Origin: Chrysochromulina tobinii
Lineage: Eukaryota
Length of the DNA: 45,295 bases
Reading direction: 5' to 3'
Assembly: GCA_001275005.1 (NCBI GenBank)
Contig: JWZX01003283.1
Location: forward strand, 1-45,295
The notes under the pieces were generated by a model. The model saw only the letters and a program-made list of their open reading frames with translations, was not told the DNA's origin and made no database searches. Position 1 is the stretch's first letter, and the number at the start of each line of letters is the position of its first letter. This document shows, in pieces, positions 11,148 to 22,304 of the stretch. The translations under genes were made by a program, and so were the position numbers.

Positions 11148-12026
11148 ATGTCTTTTCTCACGATGCTTCGCGGCGCTCGGCGCTCGGTGCTCTCGCGGCA
11201 CGTGCTGACGGAGCGTCGCCTCAGCTCAGCATCGGTGGCGTCTTCGTCAGCCTCTGCAGAAAGTACCACGCTCCGGCGCCTCGGCGCCGCCCTCTTCTCT
11301 GGGCTGTGCGGCACGACCGCGTGCCTGTGCGGCTGGCAGGTCAAGAGGTATGGCGACAAGGTGCAGATGGTCGAGGATCGCAAGACGGCGCTGCAGGCTG
11401 CGCCGCGTCCGCTGCGCGAGGTCTACCCCGAGCTGTCCGCGGGCATCAGTGCCGGCGATGAGTACACGCGGGTGAGCGTCGAGGGCACGTTCGACCACGC
11501 GCGGCAGGTGCTGCTCGGCCCGCGCTCGGCGCCGCCGGGCTCCGACAAGGGCAACTCGCCAGCCGGCGCGCCGGCACAATCGGGATGGGACGTGGTCACG
11601 CCGCTCGCGTGCGCGGACGGCTCGCGCGTGCTCGTCAATCGCGGCTGGGTGCCGCGTGACGCGACGGCCGCCATCGACCAGCCGACGGGGCAGCAGCGCA
11701 TCGAAGGTGTGCTCAAGCAGGGCGACCGCGAGAACAAGTACGGGCACAACGATCCCGCCGCCGGCCGTTACGTCTGGCTCGACCTCGCCTCGCTCGCCCG
11801 CAGCAGCGGCAGTAGCCCGATCCTCGTCATGGCCGCGGCCGAGGGCTCCGACGCCTCTGATGGTCGCGCCGCGTCGAGCGTTCACAGGACGTGGCCACGC
11901 GTGCGCCCGCTCAGCTCACTGATGAGCTTCTACGTGGAGCCGCACACGCACATCGTGTACGCTGCCACCTGGGCCTCACTCACTGTCGCCGGTGCCGTCA
12001 TCACCGTCAAGCGTTTCGTACGCTGA
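11148..12026 (+). CDS. SURF1: SURF1/Shy1 cytochrome c oxidase assembly protein
   Basis: LCGWQVKR, GWDVVTPL, VLVNRGWVP, HIVYAATWASL; mitochondrial-type N-terminus. Confidence 0.93.
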   Translation: MSFLTMLRGARRSVLSRHVLTERRLSSASVASSSASAESTTLRRLGAALFSGLCGTTACLCGWQVKRYGDKVQMVEDRKTALQAAPRPLREVYPELSAGISAGDEYTRVSVEGTFDHARQVLLGPRSAPPGSDKGNSPAGAPAQSGWDVVTPLACADGSRVLVNRGWVPRDATAAIDQPTGQQRIEGVLKQGDRENKYGHNDPAAGRYVWLDLASLARSSGSSPILVMAAAEGSDASDGRAASSVHRTWPRVRPLSSLMSFYVEPHTHIVYAATWASLTVAGAVITVKRFVR

Positions 12027-12058
12027 GAGGCGATAGTCGACGCCGCGCGGTAATGGAA

Positions 12059-12213
12059 CCACCGAACTTGCTGTGCCCGGCCGCTCTGAGGGACCGGTAT
12101 GAGTCCACCGAACTTGCTGTGCCCGGCCGCTCTGAGGGACCGGTATGAGTCCACCGAACTTGCTGTGCCCGGCCGCGCTGCGGGACCGGTAATATGAAAA
12201 CCACAGAACTTGC
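12059..12213. repeat. 46-bp tandem repeat, 3 copies plus a partial
   Basis: ccaccgaacttgctgtgcccggccgctctgagggaccggtatgagt at 12059, 12105 and 12151 (diverged); partial at 12201. Confidence 0.95.
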
Positions 12214-12592
12214 GTTGCTGATACCGCCGGCCTCGCCTGCGCAGGATGTGCTGTACGCGCCGAGTACTTTTCGCGGCCCGTTCACCCCTTTTGTCTCGAG
12301 TTTCCCATGGAGTTTGCCCGGCAACCACGCACCTCCTACGGCCCACTTCTGTCCCGGGCGCATGCACAATGCATGAAATAATTACTTCCCCGTGGCCATA
12401 GACGGGCAGGTCAAGCCGCGTACACCAGCGGCTACGCATCCATGCGCATCCTCTCCGATTTACCTATACGGCGCCCTGTCCTTAAAAGGCATCCTCCCTC
12501 CTCAGGTCAGCAATCGACCTCACAAAGCGGTGCCCAGGCGCGCTGACGGCGTGACGAAAGCGGCACGCACTACCAGGCCACTCCTCAGAGCC

Positions 12593-15202
12593 ATGGAAGA
12601 TGTGCTGGGTCCTGCACACAATGCTGCATTTCAAGGAGATGGCGACAGTCTTCGCGGTCTGGCGCTTGTCAACCTCATGGCGGTGGGTGCAGATGGAAGG
12701 ACGCCCGCGCACATCGCTGCTATGGAAGGCCACGCGAGCTTTTTGCTTGCGCTGCATGAGCTCGGGGCGGCGGCTAGCCTGTCGGCGGCTGATGCAGATG
12801 GAAAGACGCCCGCGCACGACGCTGCTTCGCACGGCCACAAGAGCTGCTTGCATGCTCTGCATGAGCTTGGGGCGGGGGCTAGCCTGTCGGTTGCGGATGC
12901 AAATGGAAAGACGCCCGCAATCTGGGCTGCAATGCGATGCCACGTGAGCTGCTTGCATGCGCTGCATGAGCTCGGGGCGGCGGCCAGCCTGTCGGCGACG
13001 GCTGCAGATGGAAGGACGCCCGCGCATGAGGCTGCTATTGGAGGCCACGTGAGCTGCTTGCATGCGCTGCATGAGCTCGGGGCGGCGGCCAGCCTGTTGG
13101 CGGCGGCTGCAGATGGAGGGACGCCCGCGCATGACGCTGCTCTGAAAGGCCACGTGAGCTGCTTGCATGCGCTGCATGAGCTCGGGGCGGGGGCTAGCCT
13201 GTCGGCGGCGGCTGCAGATGGAGGGACGCCCGCGCATTTCGCTGCTATGGAAGGCCATGAGAGCTGCTTGCATGCGCTGCATGAGCTCGGGGCGGCGGCC
13301 AGCCTGTCGGCGACGGCTGCAGATGGAAGGACGCCCGCGCATCTCGCTGCTCTGGGAGGCCACGCGAGCTGCTTGCATGCGCTGCATGAGCTCGGGGCGG
13401 GGGCCAGCCTTTCGGCGGCGGATGCAGAAGGAGGGACGCCCGCTCATGAGGCTGCTATGGAAGGCCACGCGAGCTGCTTGCATGCGCTGCATGAGCTCGG
13501 GGCGGGGACTAGCGTGTCGGCGACGGATGCAGATGGAAGGACACCCGCGCATGATGCTGCTCTGGGAGGCCACGTGAGCTGCTTGCATGCGATGCATGAG
13601 CTTGGGGCGGGGACTAGCCTGTCGGTTGCGGATGCAAATGGAAGGACGCCCGCGCATGAGGCTGCTCTGGAAGGCCACGCGAGCTGCTTGCATGCGCTGC
13701 ATGAGCTTGGGGCGGGGGCCAGCCTGTCGGCGACGGATGCAAATGGAGGGACGCCCGCGCATGACGCTGCTCTGGGAGGCCACGCGAGCTGCTTGCATGC
13801 GCTGCATGAGCTCGGGGCGGCGGCTAGCCTGTCGGTTGCGGATGCAAATGGAGGGACGCCCGCGCATGAGGCTGCTCTGAAAGGCCACGCGAGCTGCTTG
13901 CATGCGCTGCATGAGCTTGGGGCGGGGGCCAGCCTGTCGGCGGCGGCGGCTGCAGGAGGAGGGACGCCCGCGCATACAGCTGCAATAAAAGGCCACGTGA
14001 GCTGCTTGCATGCGCTGCATGAGCTCGGGGCGGCGGCTAGCCTGTCGGCGGTGGCTGCAGATGGAGGGACGCCCGCGCATGGCGCTGCAATAAAAGGCCA
14101 CGTGAGCTGCTTGCATGCGCTGCATGAGCTCGGGGCGGCGGCCAGCCTGTCGTCGGCGGATGCAAATGGAAGGTTGCCCGCGCATGACGCTGCTATGGAA
14201 GGCCACGTGAGCTGCTTGCATGCGCTGCATGAGCTCGGGGCGGCGGCTAGCCTGGTAGCGGCAGCGGCAGATGGATCAATGCCCTTGCATGACGCTGCTT
14301 GTCAACCCCGCGATCATGCCGACTCAGAGCGCAACTATGTCCGCTGCATGCGGTTCCTTCTGCAAGCGGGCGCCGACATCGACCAAACAGATGGCTTCGG
14401 CAATACGCCGCTTTTCTTAGCGGCACGTCAAGGCCATCTAAGCAACGTGCAGGAGCTGTGTTTGCATGGTGCCACTCGAGAGCTGGACGGTGCTCCGACA
14501 GCCATACAAGTGTCGGCTGGCTACCCTACTGTCTGCCGTTGGCTTCGCCGCACACACGACCATACGTCGCCGTTGCACTATCTCGAGCTCCTTTCTGCCT
14601 CGCAATGCAAGGCCCTGCTTCGCGCGGGTGGCCGAGTGCAGGACGCATTCCTTCAATCGCGTGCCTTTTGCAGTTTGCAGCGTGGATCAGGAACGGCCGG
14701 GTACGAGGCCGCTCAGTTGGTAGCTGCCGCTTGCATGCCGTGGCATGCGGCATCTCATTCACTCTGGCCAGCAAGCTGCAGGGCGCGCGCATGGGAACTC
14801 CTTGCCGCTTGCTATCAATTGGCATACCGTCGCAACACGCAGGGTGAGTTGAAGTATGGCAACGAAGCGGCGGGTCTGAAGGATGCATTGGTCTCCAGAG
14901 TGCTTGCATATGGGCTCGATCGCACCACTTCTGAGCGAACACTCAAGGGCGCGGCAGTGGCCATCGCCTTGACTGCTTCGGACACTTCATCCCAAACGGT
15001 TGAGCCGCCAGTAGCGAGGTTGGCAGCGGAGTGGTTGGATCAGAAGCTTGCGAAGAGAGCAGCAGTCCAAGAAGGAGGAGGATGCAGTGTCGAGAGCGAT
15101 GATGAGGAAGGCGAGGAGGAGGAGGAGGAGGAGGCTGTGGAGGGCGAGGAGGAGGATGATGAGGAGGAGGAAGGCGAGGAGGTGGAGGAGCAGGGAGGAT
15201 GA
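12593..15202 (+). CDS. Ankyrin-repeat protein with 15 near-identical 35-aa repeats, 2-3 divergent repeats and an acidic tail
   Basis: GxTPAHxAAxxGHxSCLHALHELGA consensus; 105-nt period from 12695 to 14272; ATG at 12593 in gccATGg context; E/D-rich C-terminus. Confidence 0.92.
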   Translation: MEDVLGPAHNAAFQGDGDSLRGLALVNLMAVGADGRTPAHIAAMEGHASFLLALHELGAAASLSAADADGKTPAHDAASHGHKSCLHALHELGAGASLSVADANGKTPAIWAAMRCHVSCLHALHELGAAASLSATAADGRTPAHEAAIGGHVSCLHALHELGAAASLLAAAADGGTPAHDAALKGHVSCLHALHELGAGASLSAAAADGGTPAHFAAMEGHESCLHALHELGAAASLSATAADGRTPAHLAALGGHASCLHALHELGAGASLSAADAEGGTPAHEAAMEGHASCLHALHELGAGTSVSATDADGRTPAHDAALGGHVSCLHAMHELGAGTSLSVADANGRTPAHEAALEGHASCLHALHELGAGASLSATDANGGTPAHDAALGGHASCLHALHELGAAASLSVADANGGTPAHEAALKGHASCLHALHELGAGASLSAAAAAGGGTPAHTAAIKGHVSCLHALHELGAAASLSAVAADGGTPAHGAAIKGHVSCLHALHELGAAASLSSADANGRLPAHDAAMEGHVSCLHALHELGAAASLVAAAADGSMPLHDAACQPRDHADSERNYVRCMRFLLQAGADIDQTDGFGNTPLFLAARQGHLSNVQELCLHGATRELDGAPTAIQVSAGYPTVCRWLRRTHDHTSPLHYLELLSASQCKALLRAGGRVQDAFLQSRAFCSLQRGSGTAGYEAAQLVAAACMPWHAASHSLWPASCRARAWELLAACYQLAYRRNTQGELKYGNEAAGLKDALVSRVLAYGLDRTTSERTLKGAAVAIALTASDTSSQTVEPPVARLAAEWLDQKLAKRAAVQEGGGCSVESDDEEGEEEEEEEAVEGEEEDDEEEEGEEVEEQGG

Positions 15203-15344
15203 GGCGAAAGCTAGGTAAAAAGCTAGCGCGGGGACCCTGAGAGATATTGGGCATGCCGTACGATGCAGGGGAAATCGAGATGCTTCCGCCGCGCCATGCC
15301 GCCGTCACTTTACCAGCCTATACTCTCGTCGACGGCATTGCAAA

Positions 15345-17209
15345 ATGCAATTCACACAACACCTGCAAAATTACCGGTACCATGGCTTTCTAGAATGGTG
15401 CATGCAGACGGACTGGCGTCGCGCCGTCTCCTCAGTCGCTGGCTTAGCAATCCTATTCGCATCAGATGGGCTCATGGCATCGTACGCGCATCTGCAGCGC
15501 TGTTCGCTGGCTGAGCTCAAACTTGGCGGGTTGGCGGTGGTCTGGGACAATGTTTCCGCAGCAGGCCTATCACCCGTGGCGATCGTAGATTTCGCGGGCA
15601 AATGGGATGCACGGGACGCTGAGCGCCTACGCACACAAGACATTGAGAGGTGTCGCTTTGTGCCGGCCAGGCTGCGGGAGGACTGCCGACAAGCGTCGCG
15701 GGCGTCGCAGGCGGTCAATGCCGACCTTGAGGCTGCTGCCGACCAAGTGGCGGACGACGAGCGCCCAGGGGCGGCGGCGGCGGCGAGCGCGGCGGTCGCA
15801 GCGCATAGTCAGGCTCAACTCAAGCGCATAGTCAGGCGCGGCGAGCCGAGCGTCTTCTCATCGTGGGGTCGCAGGCTGCAATGGCTCAAGTTCTACGTGC
15901 TTGTGCAAGCGCACGCCGCCTTGCCGGGGGTGCCGCTGCTCCTCGCCGATGCCGACGTCGTGTGGCTGCGCAGAGATGCACCTGAGCACCTCGCGGCTCG
16001 CTGCCGTGCCGGCATCGACTTGGCGTTCATGCGTGACGGCGGCGATGCCTCCTACGTGGGCAACGCGAATGCAGGCTTCATCCTCTCGTGCGGCACGCCG
16101 GCTGCCGTCGACTTCTGGCGACGCATCGAGCTCGCCATCTTGGGCGGCGCCATCTTGGGTGACGCCGTCTTGGGCAGCGCCGTCTTGGGCAGCCGCAGAG
16201 GCGCGATTGGTCACGCAAGCCGCGGAGCACCCAGTGGCGCCCAGCACGACGCGAGCCGCGGAGCACCCAATGGCGCCCAGCACGACGCGAGCCGCGGAGC
16301 ACCCAATGGCGCCCAGCACGACGCGAGCCGCGGAGCACCCAGTGGCGCCCAGCACGACGCCAACAGCGGAGCACCCAGTGGCGCCCAGCACGACGCCAAC
16401 AGCGGAGCACCCAGTGGCGCCCAGCACGACGCGAGCCGCGGAGCACCCAAGGGCGCCCAGCACGACGCCAACGGCGATGCACGCACAGCGGGCCATTGGG
16501 ATGGTGTTGGCGGCGACGACCGGCTCGACGAGTGGGCTACACGCACCGCGCTGTTCAATTCGAGGATGATGGCGCTGTATCAGAAGGACGACCCGCGCCA
16601 CTTCCCGTCCAGTGTGAATGCCTTGCCGCTCAACGACCAGCAGGTGAGTGCCACTGAGTGCCACTGAGTGCCACTGAGTGCCCGTGGTGTGATTGACGCG
16701 GATGGCCACGGAGTGCCGCTGTTCGACTCTGATGTGATAGGCACTGATTGGCACTGATTGGCACTGATTGGCACTGATCGGCACTGATCGGCACTGATTG
16801 GCACTGATTGGCGCTGATTGGCACTGTTTGGAGCTCAACGACGCTCAACGACCGACAGATCATCAACTACGAGGCGGCAACAGCCATCGCCTCCGGACGA
16901 GCGAACATCGAGCTGCTCGATGCCTGCCTGTTCCCAAACGGTCGAGCGGTGGAGGCGGCCAACTGCACTTCCGAGGGGGGCGAGGCCTCGTGCCCTTGCA
17001 AGGGGATCGTCCCTGCCGCCTTTCACGCTAATTGGGCCACGGCGCGCCAGAAGCCATCGCTGATTCGAAAGATCTTTCGAGGCCACGGAGGCAACGCTCC
17101 AGTAACGGCAGCCGGAGGCGCCGATGCCAATGTACTGCGTGCGAGCGTCAGGGCTGTCAAGCGGCGCTGCGATGGCGAACTGACCGACCTCCATCGCATG
17201 CCAGGCTGA
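15345..17209 (+). CDS. Nucleotide-diphospho-sugar transferase (GT77-like) with an internal 12-aa repeat; intron 16644-16858
   Basis: LLLADADVVWLR (DxD), NAGF, NDQQ/IIN across the intron, LLDACLFPNG, FHANW. Start uncertain. Confidence 0.8.
16216..16470 (+). repeat. Coding 36-nt minisatellite, 7 copies (ASRGAPSGAQHD)
   Basis: gcgagccgcggagcacccagtggcgcccagcacgac units seen directly. Confidence 0.95.
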
Positions 17210-17646
17210 TGCCGACGCGGAAGCGAGCATGTGTACTCGGCCGCCTACTCGGATGTCGGAATCTATGGTATTAGGTATAGGGCACGCAGGATTAGGTGTT
17301 GAGGATTAGGTTCTGGGCCGGGCCTCCAGGTCGGTATACGTTGTTAGGTTACTTTGGGCTTGTATTCGGTCCACGTAGGAGGTGTTACACCGGTCGCGTG
17401 ATGCGGCGTGGTGCGTCGGAAGTTAAGTGGTCTAGTTGTGTACGGACACGTCCGCGTATTCCGTATAGCGGTCTTAGTTTGATAGGTGCGTGCATGGACT
17501 CTTACGGTTAGGTGAAGTCAGGTCGGGTAGGCGTATACGGCGGTATGCGACGTTCGTTGCGCGGTATGATGTGAGCGCGCATGAAGCTCTAGCGAGAGCT
17601 CGACGTCGGCATCCGAGCCCAAATGATGATCTCAGATGAGATCTCG

Positions 17647-18694
17647 TCAGAATTCGTCGAGGCCCTGATCATTTAGCCGTGCCTCGGCCAGCAGCCGCGC
17701 GACGCGTTCCTTGAGCCCCTCGGCACCGCCACCCTCGGCCTCACCACCCATGCTGTCCTCGTTATTTAGGCCACCGAGGCCTCGCAGCATGTTGGCGAGT
17801 GCATCGTTCTCCGAGCCGCCCTCCGCACCCAGCTGGCTCATCATCTTCTTCATTTGCTCGGCCATCCCCTCCATACCGCCCATCCCCTGCAGCACTGCGC
17901 ACACACGAGAAGCGAACGGCAAGCGCTCAGTGAGGCAGCGGCAGCGGCGGCAGCGGCGGCGGCAGGAGTGGCAGCAGCGACAGCGGCAGTGGCGGCAGCG
18001 GCGGCGGCAGTAGTGGCAGCAGCGACAGCAGCAGGGGCGGCAGCGGCGGCGGCAGGAGTGGCAGGGCGCTCCGCGTACGCTCTTGCATCTGCTCAGGATC
18101 TTGCATCTTTTGGAAGATCTCGGCCGCCTTCTCCACATGGTTGCGCAGCGCGTCGGGGTCGGCGAGCGCCTCGGCGAGCCCAGGCACGGCGTTCGCGAAT
18201 CCCTTCAATGCCGGGTTGTCAACGATCTGCTGTAGGGCCTGCTGGAGCTTGTCCGGGTCCGTCATGACGCTCTGCATCTCCTCCATCATCTTGGAGGCCA
18301 TGTTCATGCCCTCCTCTGAGTTGAGCATCTGCGAGACCTCCGCAATCTTCTCCTTCATCAGCTCAGGGTTGCTCAGCATTTCCGCGAGCTCGGGGTTGGC
18401 GCTCGCGAGCCCCTTGAGCATCGGATTGTTCATGAGGTTGGAGAGGTCACCGCCAGCCATCATCTCCATAATCTTCGCCATGTCGGGCATCCCGCCATTC
18501 GCGCCGAGCTGCTCCGCCATCCTCTCGAGGTCCGCCATCCCCTCGAAGCCATCCATTCCCGTCGCCGCCGCTGGGACCTCCTCCTGCTGTCCCATTGCGT
18601 TGAAGCCCGCACCGCCTACACGGCGCGGCCGTAGCTGCGCCGAGACCTGGTAAGAGCCCAGCAAGAGCAGCAGCGCGATCGTACTCCTGCGCAT
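17647..18694 (-). CDS. Signal-peptide protein with STI1-like Met-rich helical repeats; intron 17895-18078
   Basis: MRRSTIALLLLLGSYQVSAQ signal; NPMLKGL, NPELAEMLSNPELM and DPDKL motifs. Phase-1 GT-AG intron gives QMQELLQGMGGMEG. Confidence 0.75.
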
Positions 18695-18972
18695 GCTTCC
18701 TGTTGGCGTGTGATCGGAAGATGGACAAACCTGTTCGGTGATGACGCGTGTGCAGAGCGCTCGTGATGCTCCCTGGACGGAGATCACGTCGCAGGTCTGC
18801 GCCCGCTACGGCGCTTTCGCGCGAAGTGGTGGTGGAATCACGTTTGGAACTTATTGCGTACTACATGTACCTGTAATGAAGAACTGAGAGCAACGAGAAC
18901 CTGGGGGCATCTGATAGAATCTGGGAGCTCTGATAGAATCTGGGAGCATCTGGATCTGCGCGTAGCGAAGGT

Positions 18973-19926
18973 TCACACCCAAAAGTGGCTGCGGACGCCC
19001 GCCGCCCGCAGCCGCTGCATGAGCTGCAGCGCCTCGACGATGGTGTCCGGCGTGGTGTGCTCGCTGGTCGCCTTCCGGTGATCTGGCACATGGAGATGGT
19101 ACTCGAAATAGAGCTCATCGACGAGATCGACGAGCTCGGGAGTGGAGGCGAGGGTGCTCACGAGGCGCTTCTCGAGCGCCGGCGAGTCGATATCCACCTT
19201 CATCACTACGAAGTCGTCCGGGCGCGCCGTCGAGCGTAGCGTGCGGAACACGTTCTCGTCGGTGACCGGCTCGTTGTGGAATGTCAGCTTGGCGCGCACG
19301 TGCGCGGGCACGGGTCGCATCCATTCGTCTCGATCGAACTTTTGTGCCTCCCACCCCCACATTGCATCAAACTCGATGCAGTTGCGCGCGTACAGCCGTT
19401 GGAAGAGTGGGAGGGACGAGCCGTAGCCACCCGAGATCGAGATCTCGCCAGAGTCCCGGTATCGGCTGCAGCCGAGGTCGTAGAAGAGTCGGCGTCCAGT
19501 CGGCCTCAGCCGAAAGCTGCCCGTCTCGCAGCTCGCCACCGACTCGCGCGTGCAGCCGTTGACCGCCATAAAGTACGTGAGGTTGTACTTATTGGTCTCC
19601 ATGATGCCGGCAGGGACAGAGGAACTAGGGTGCGTCTTCCTTCTCAAAAAACAGCCCGAGTGCTCGGCGAATGGATGACGCCCGGCGCCGGTGAGCGGCT
19701 CAAGCAGCTCCGTGCACGTACCTTTGCTGAGCTTCGACAGCGCATGCCGCTGCTCGCGCGTCGCCAGCACACTCGCGTTCCCAAAGGCCGTGTTCGTGTA
19801 CCGGAGGCTCTCAAGCAGGTTGCGGCTCCTGACGGCACCACGGAGCAAATCACAGTTGTTGCTTCCCGTCGCATTCCGCTGCCACAGCAGCTCGACACTG
19901 CCTGCCTCGTACGTGTAGGCCGGCAT
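18973..19926 (-). CDS. FkbM-like SAM-dependent methyltransferase-domain protein
   Basis: LFYDLG, GWEA, DDFVVMKVDIDSPALE, LVDELYFEYH. N-terminus uncertain. Confidence 0.7.
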   Translation of the reverse strand: MPAYTYEAGSVELLWQRNATGSNNCDLLRGAVRSRNLLESLRYTNTAFGNASVLATREQRHALSKLSKGTCTELLEPLTGAGRHPFAEHSGCFLRRKTHPSSSVPAGIMETNKYNLTYFMAVNGCTRESVASCETGSFRLRPTGRRLFYDLGCSRYRDSGEISISGGYGSSLPLFQRLYARNCIEFDAMWGWEAQKFDRDEWMRPVPAHVRAKLTFHNEPVTDENVFRTLRSTARPDDFVVMKVDIDSPALEKRLVSTLASTPELVDLVDELYFEYHLHVPDHRKATSEHTTPDTIVEALQLMQRLRAAGVRSHFWV

Positions 19927-20068
19927 TCGATCTGTGCGCCCGCGCCGTTGCCGATCAATCGCGGACGACGTGGGGACGCGCGTTCTGAAGAGCTAGAAGA
20001 AGGCGTGAAGATTTTATGAATACGCCCCTGTGAACATAAAAACAAATTCTCGTCACCGTGTACATGTA

Positions 20069-21860
20069 TCATGATGAATTTACACCGACACATAGCTCGC
20101 ACACGAGCAACGGCGGCCACGACCCGTTGTGCGGCGGGAAGACAGTTGCCACGCCGGTGGACACAACTCGCGCCGCGTCGTGCTCAGAAAGCGCGCGCCA
20201 GCGGCAGCGCACCCGTTCCCCCAGCTCTCCCTCCCGCTCTCCCTCTAGCTCTCCCGTGAGTCCCCTTGGCACGCCACACGGCACGTTACGGTCATGAAGA
20301 GCCCCCGCATCGGCGCGTCCAGCGTTCGTGCCCGTTGGTGTGAGCGTGCTGCGCTGGCCCCGGCGGTCCATGCTGAGGTATGTGGAGCCCATTCCAGCAT
20401 CACCATCGTCGAGGGGCTCTTGGTGGGCTTGCGCCCTCCCTTGATCTGCCTTCCCCACGTGCTGCCACGCCGGCCATAGGAGCTCGAGTAGAGCGAGATT
20501 GAGCAGATTGTTCCCGCACGACATGAGATGCACGCCGTAGCAGAAGGCGGTGCAATTTGCATGCACAGAGTCCCAGAACTCGGCGTTGGTGACATTCGCC
20601 TGGCGCAGCAGCTTGCCCGCATCGAGGACGCGGTCGAAGTAAGGCGCGGCCATCTTCGCCTCGCTCCTGTTCGAGTGGGCGATGTCGGCATCGAGGCCGA
20701 GAAGGACCTGACGCATCGCAAGGAAGGCACGGTAGGACCCGTCCGTGTGCCCCAGAGTCTTCCACACCGTAAGCACGCCGCCGCCTGCCTGTTGGCTCGC
20801 CGCAGCGAGCGTGCTCTGGAGTGCAGCGAGGTAAGATGGCGAGAGGATCTGGGGATGCTTCAGGTGCAGCCCCACGTTCAGCACAATGTGCGACGGATGC
20901 AACGCCGGCACCAGCGCCCGCAGCGCGTCGTGAAATATGGTTCCATTCCATCTCGGTGGATAGGGAGCCTCTTTGGGTGTCTGAATGCGCCGTGTCTGAA
21001 TGCGCCGCCGCTCGTCGCTGTCGCCAGGGCAGCCAGTACCCGTGCAAGGAGCCAGCGTAGTTAACATACGAGAGGCTGATGTTGCACGGGGGCGGCAGCT
21101 CAAAGTACCTACACGTCGCAAAGAGGATGGGCTGGTCAGCACTGACTATCCGGAAAGTAAGTGTCGAGAGGGCGGGGCGAACGAAGGGCGCGACGCGGAG
21201 CAATCAGTCACGACGGACCTGTTCTCAAAGGAGATTGCCCTGCCGCCGTAAACTTTCAAGCATTCGCAGTGGCCAAAAGGAGCCACGTCTATGGTGGTGT
21301 GGTTGAAGAAGTCGGGCCATGTTGCGAAGGTGCGCTCGTTCACAATGGATTGGTTCTGCGCACACGAGATCGGTGTCAGAGGGCGAGGTGCACGTGGTCG
21401 CTGGTGAAGGTCGCAGGAGCCACATGTATACGCACTGCATCTTGCGTCCACATGCGACCGTGTCGCAGTTAGTGTCGCAGCGCGTGCACGAGTGCGACAA
21501 ACTGATCTGCCGCGAGCAATCGCGAGCAATCGCGATGTAAGCGTGGGAAGAGGCTCGCATCGTTCGGCACGGGCTAGGACTAGGCTAGCACAGGCAAGCG
21601 CACATCGCATCGTAGAGTCGCCGATGAAGAGCATACGTGTGTTGAAGGGAATGCAGCAATGCGAGGATTTTGCCCCGCCTCCCGAACCATCTGGGCAAAG
21701 AAAGCAGATGGCGGCTTTGTGCATGCTGCAAAGGACAGAACGCCAGGGGCGATTGCGGCGGGCCACAGCAGGGTTTCCCCGAGGAGGTCACAGGGTCCTG
21801 AAGAATTCCTCGAACAGAAAACAAATAAAACTTGTTTTGCATGCAGTAGACTAGCGCATG
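20069..21860 (-). CDS. SGNH-fold / TBL(PC-esterase)-like putative O-acetyltransferase or esterase, multi-exon; structure unresolved
   Basis: RMLFIGDSTMR near 21605-21640, IVLNVGLH, VWKT, FWDSVH (DxxH), NLLNLALL, spread over several frames, consistent with introns. Confidence 0.6.
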
Positions 21861-22029
21861 AAACACTACTACACGAAGCAGCCACGCCGGACGCACAAGC
21901 CCCTACCGCTTTGCGGGCCCATGCACTCATTTTCTGCCCCAAGCCCGTCGAAGCTCGTCGTAAGTCGAAGCCTCCTAAGGTGCGTTCGTACCATCGGCTC
22001 TGCACAGACGGAGGTTCGAACAGCATGAC

Positions 22030-22148
22030 TGGTGCGAGTGGAGTGGACGTTGTGGGGATCGAGGAGGTCCAAGTGCGCTTGCAACGGCGAGTTGAGGAGC
22101 TGCAGATGGACAGAGTCCGCGTGCAGCGCTCAGTGCGTGCAGCGCTCA
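22030..22148 (+). repeat. Dispersed ~115-bp repeat, copy 1 (copy 2 at 29248-29388)
   Basis: tggtgcgagtg.agtggacg...atcgaggaggtccaagtgcgcttgca..ggcgagt.gaggagctgcagatggacagagtccg.gtgcagcgctcagtgc is shared. Confidence 0.9.
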
Positions 22149-22304
22149 ATGCGTATCCCACAGCGTTATTCGAGTTCTGCGGTGCATGCAAACTTTATAG
22201 TGTCTAGTGCAGATCGATAATAACGCAACCGAAACCGCCAGGCCTCTCACCCACGCGATCAACGCAGAGGATATGCGGTCGACGCAATAAAAATATTGAC
22301 AACG

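Noticed and set aside
12059..12213. CRISPR array
   Set aside because: Head-to-tail tandem repeat with no unique spacers.
12482..14230. 582-aa antisense ORF
   Set aside because: Shadow of the ankyrin repeat, whose unit lacks antisense stops.
17895..18078. Pro/Leu-rich or Cys/Arg-rich coding tail
   Set aside because: Better explained as a GT-AG intron whose removal restores the Met-rich protein.
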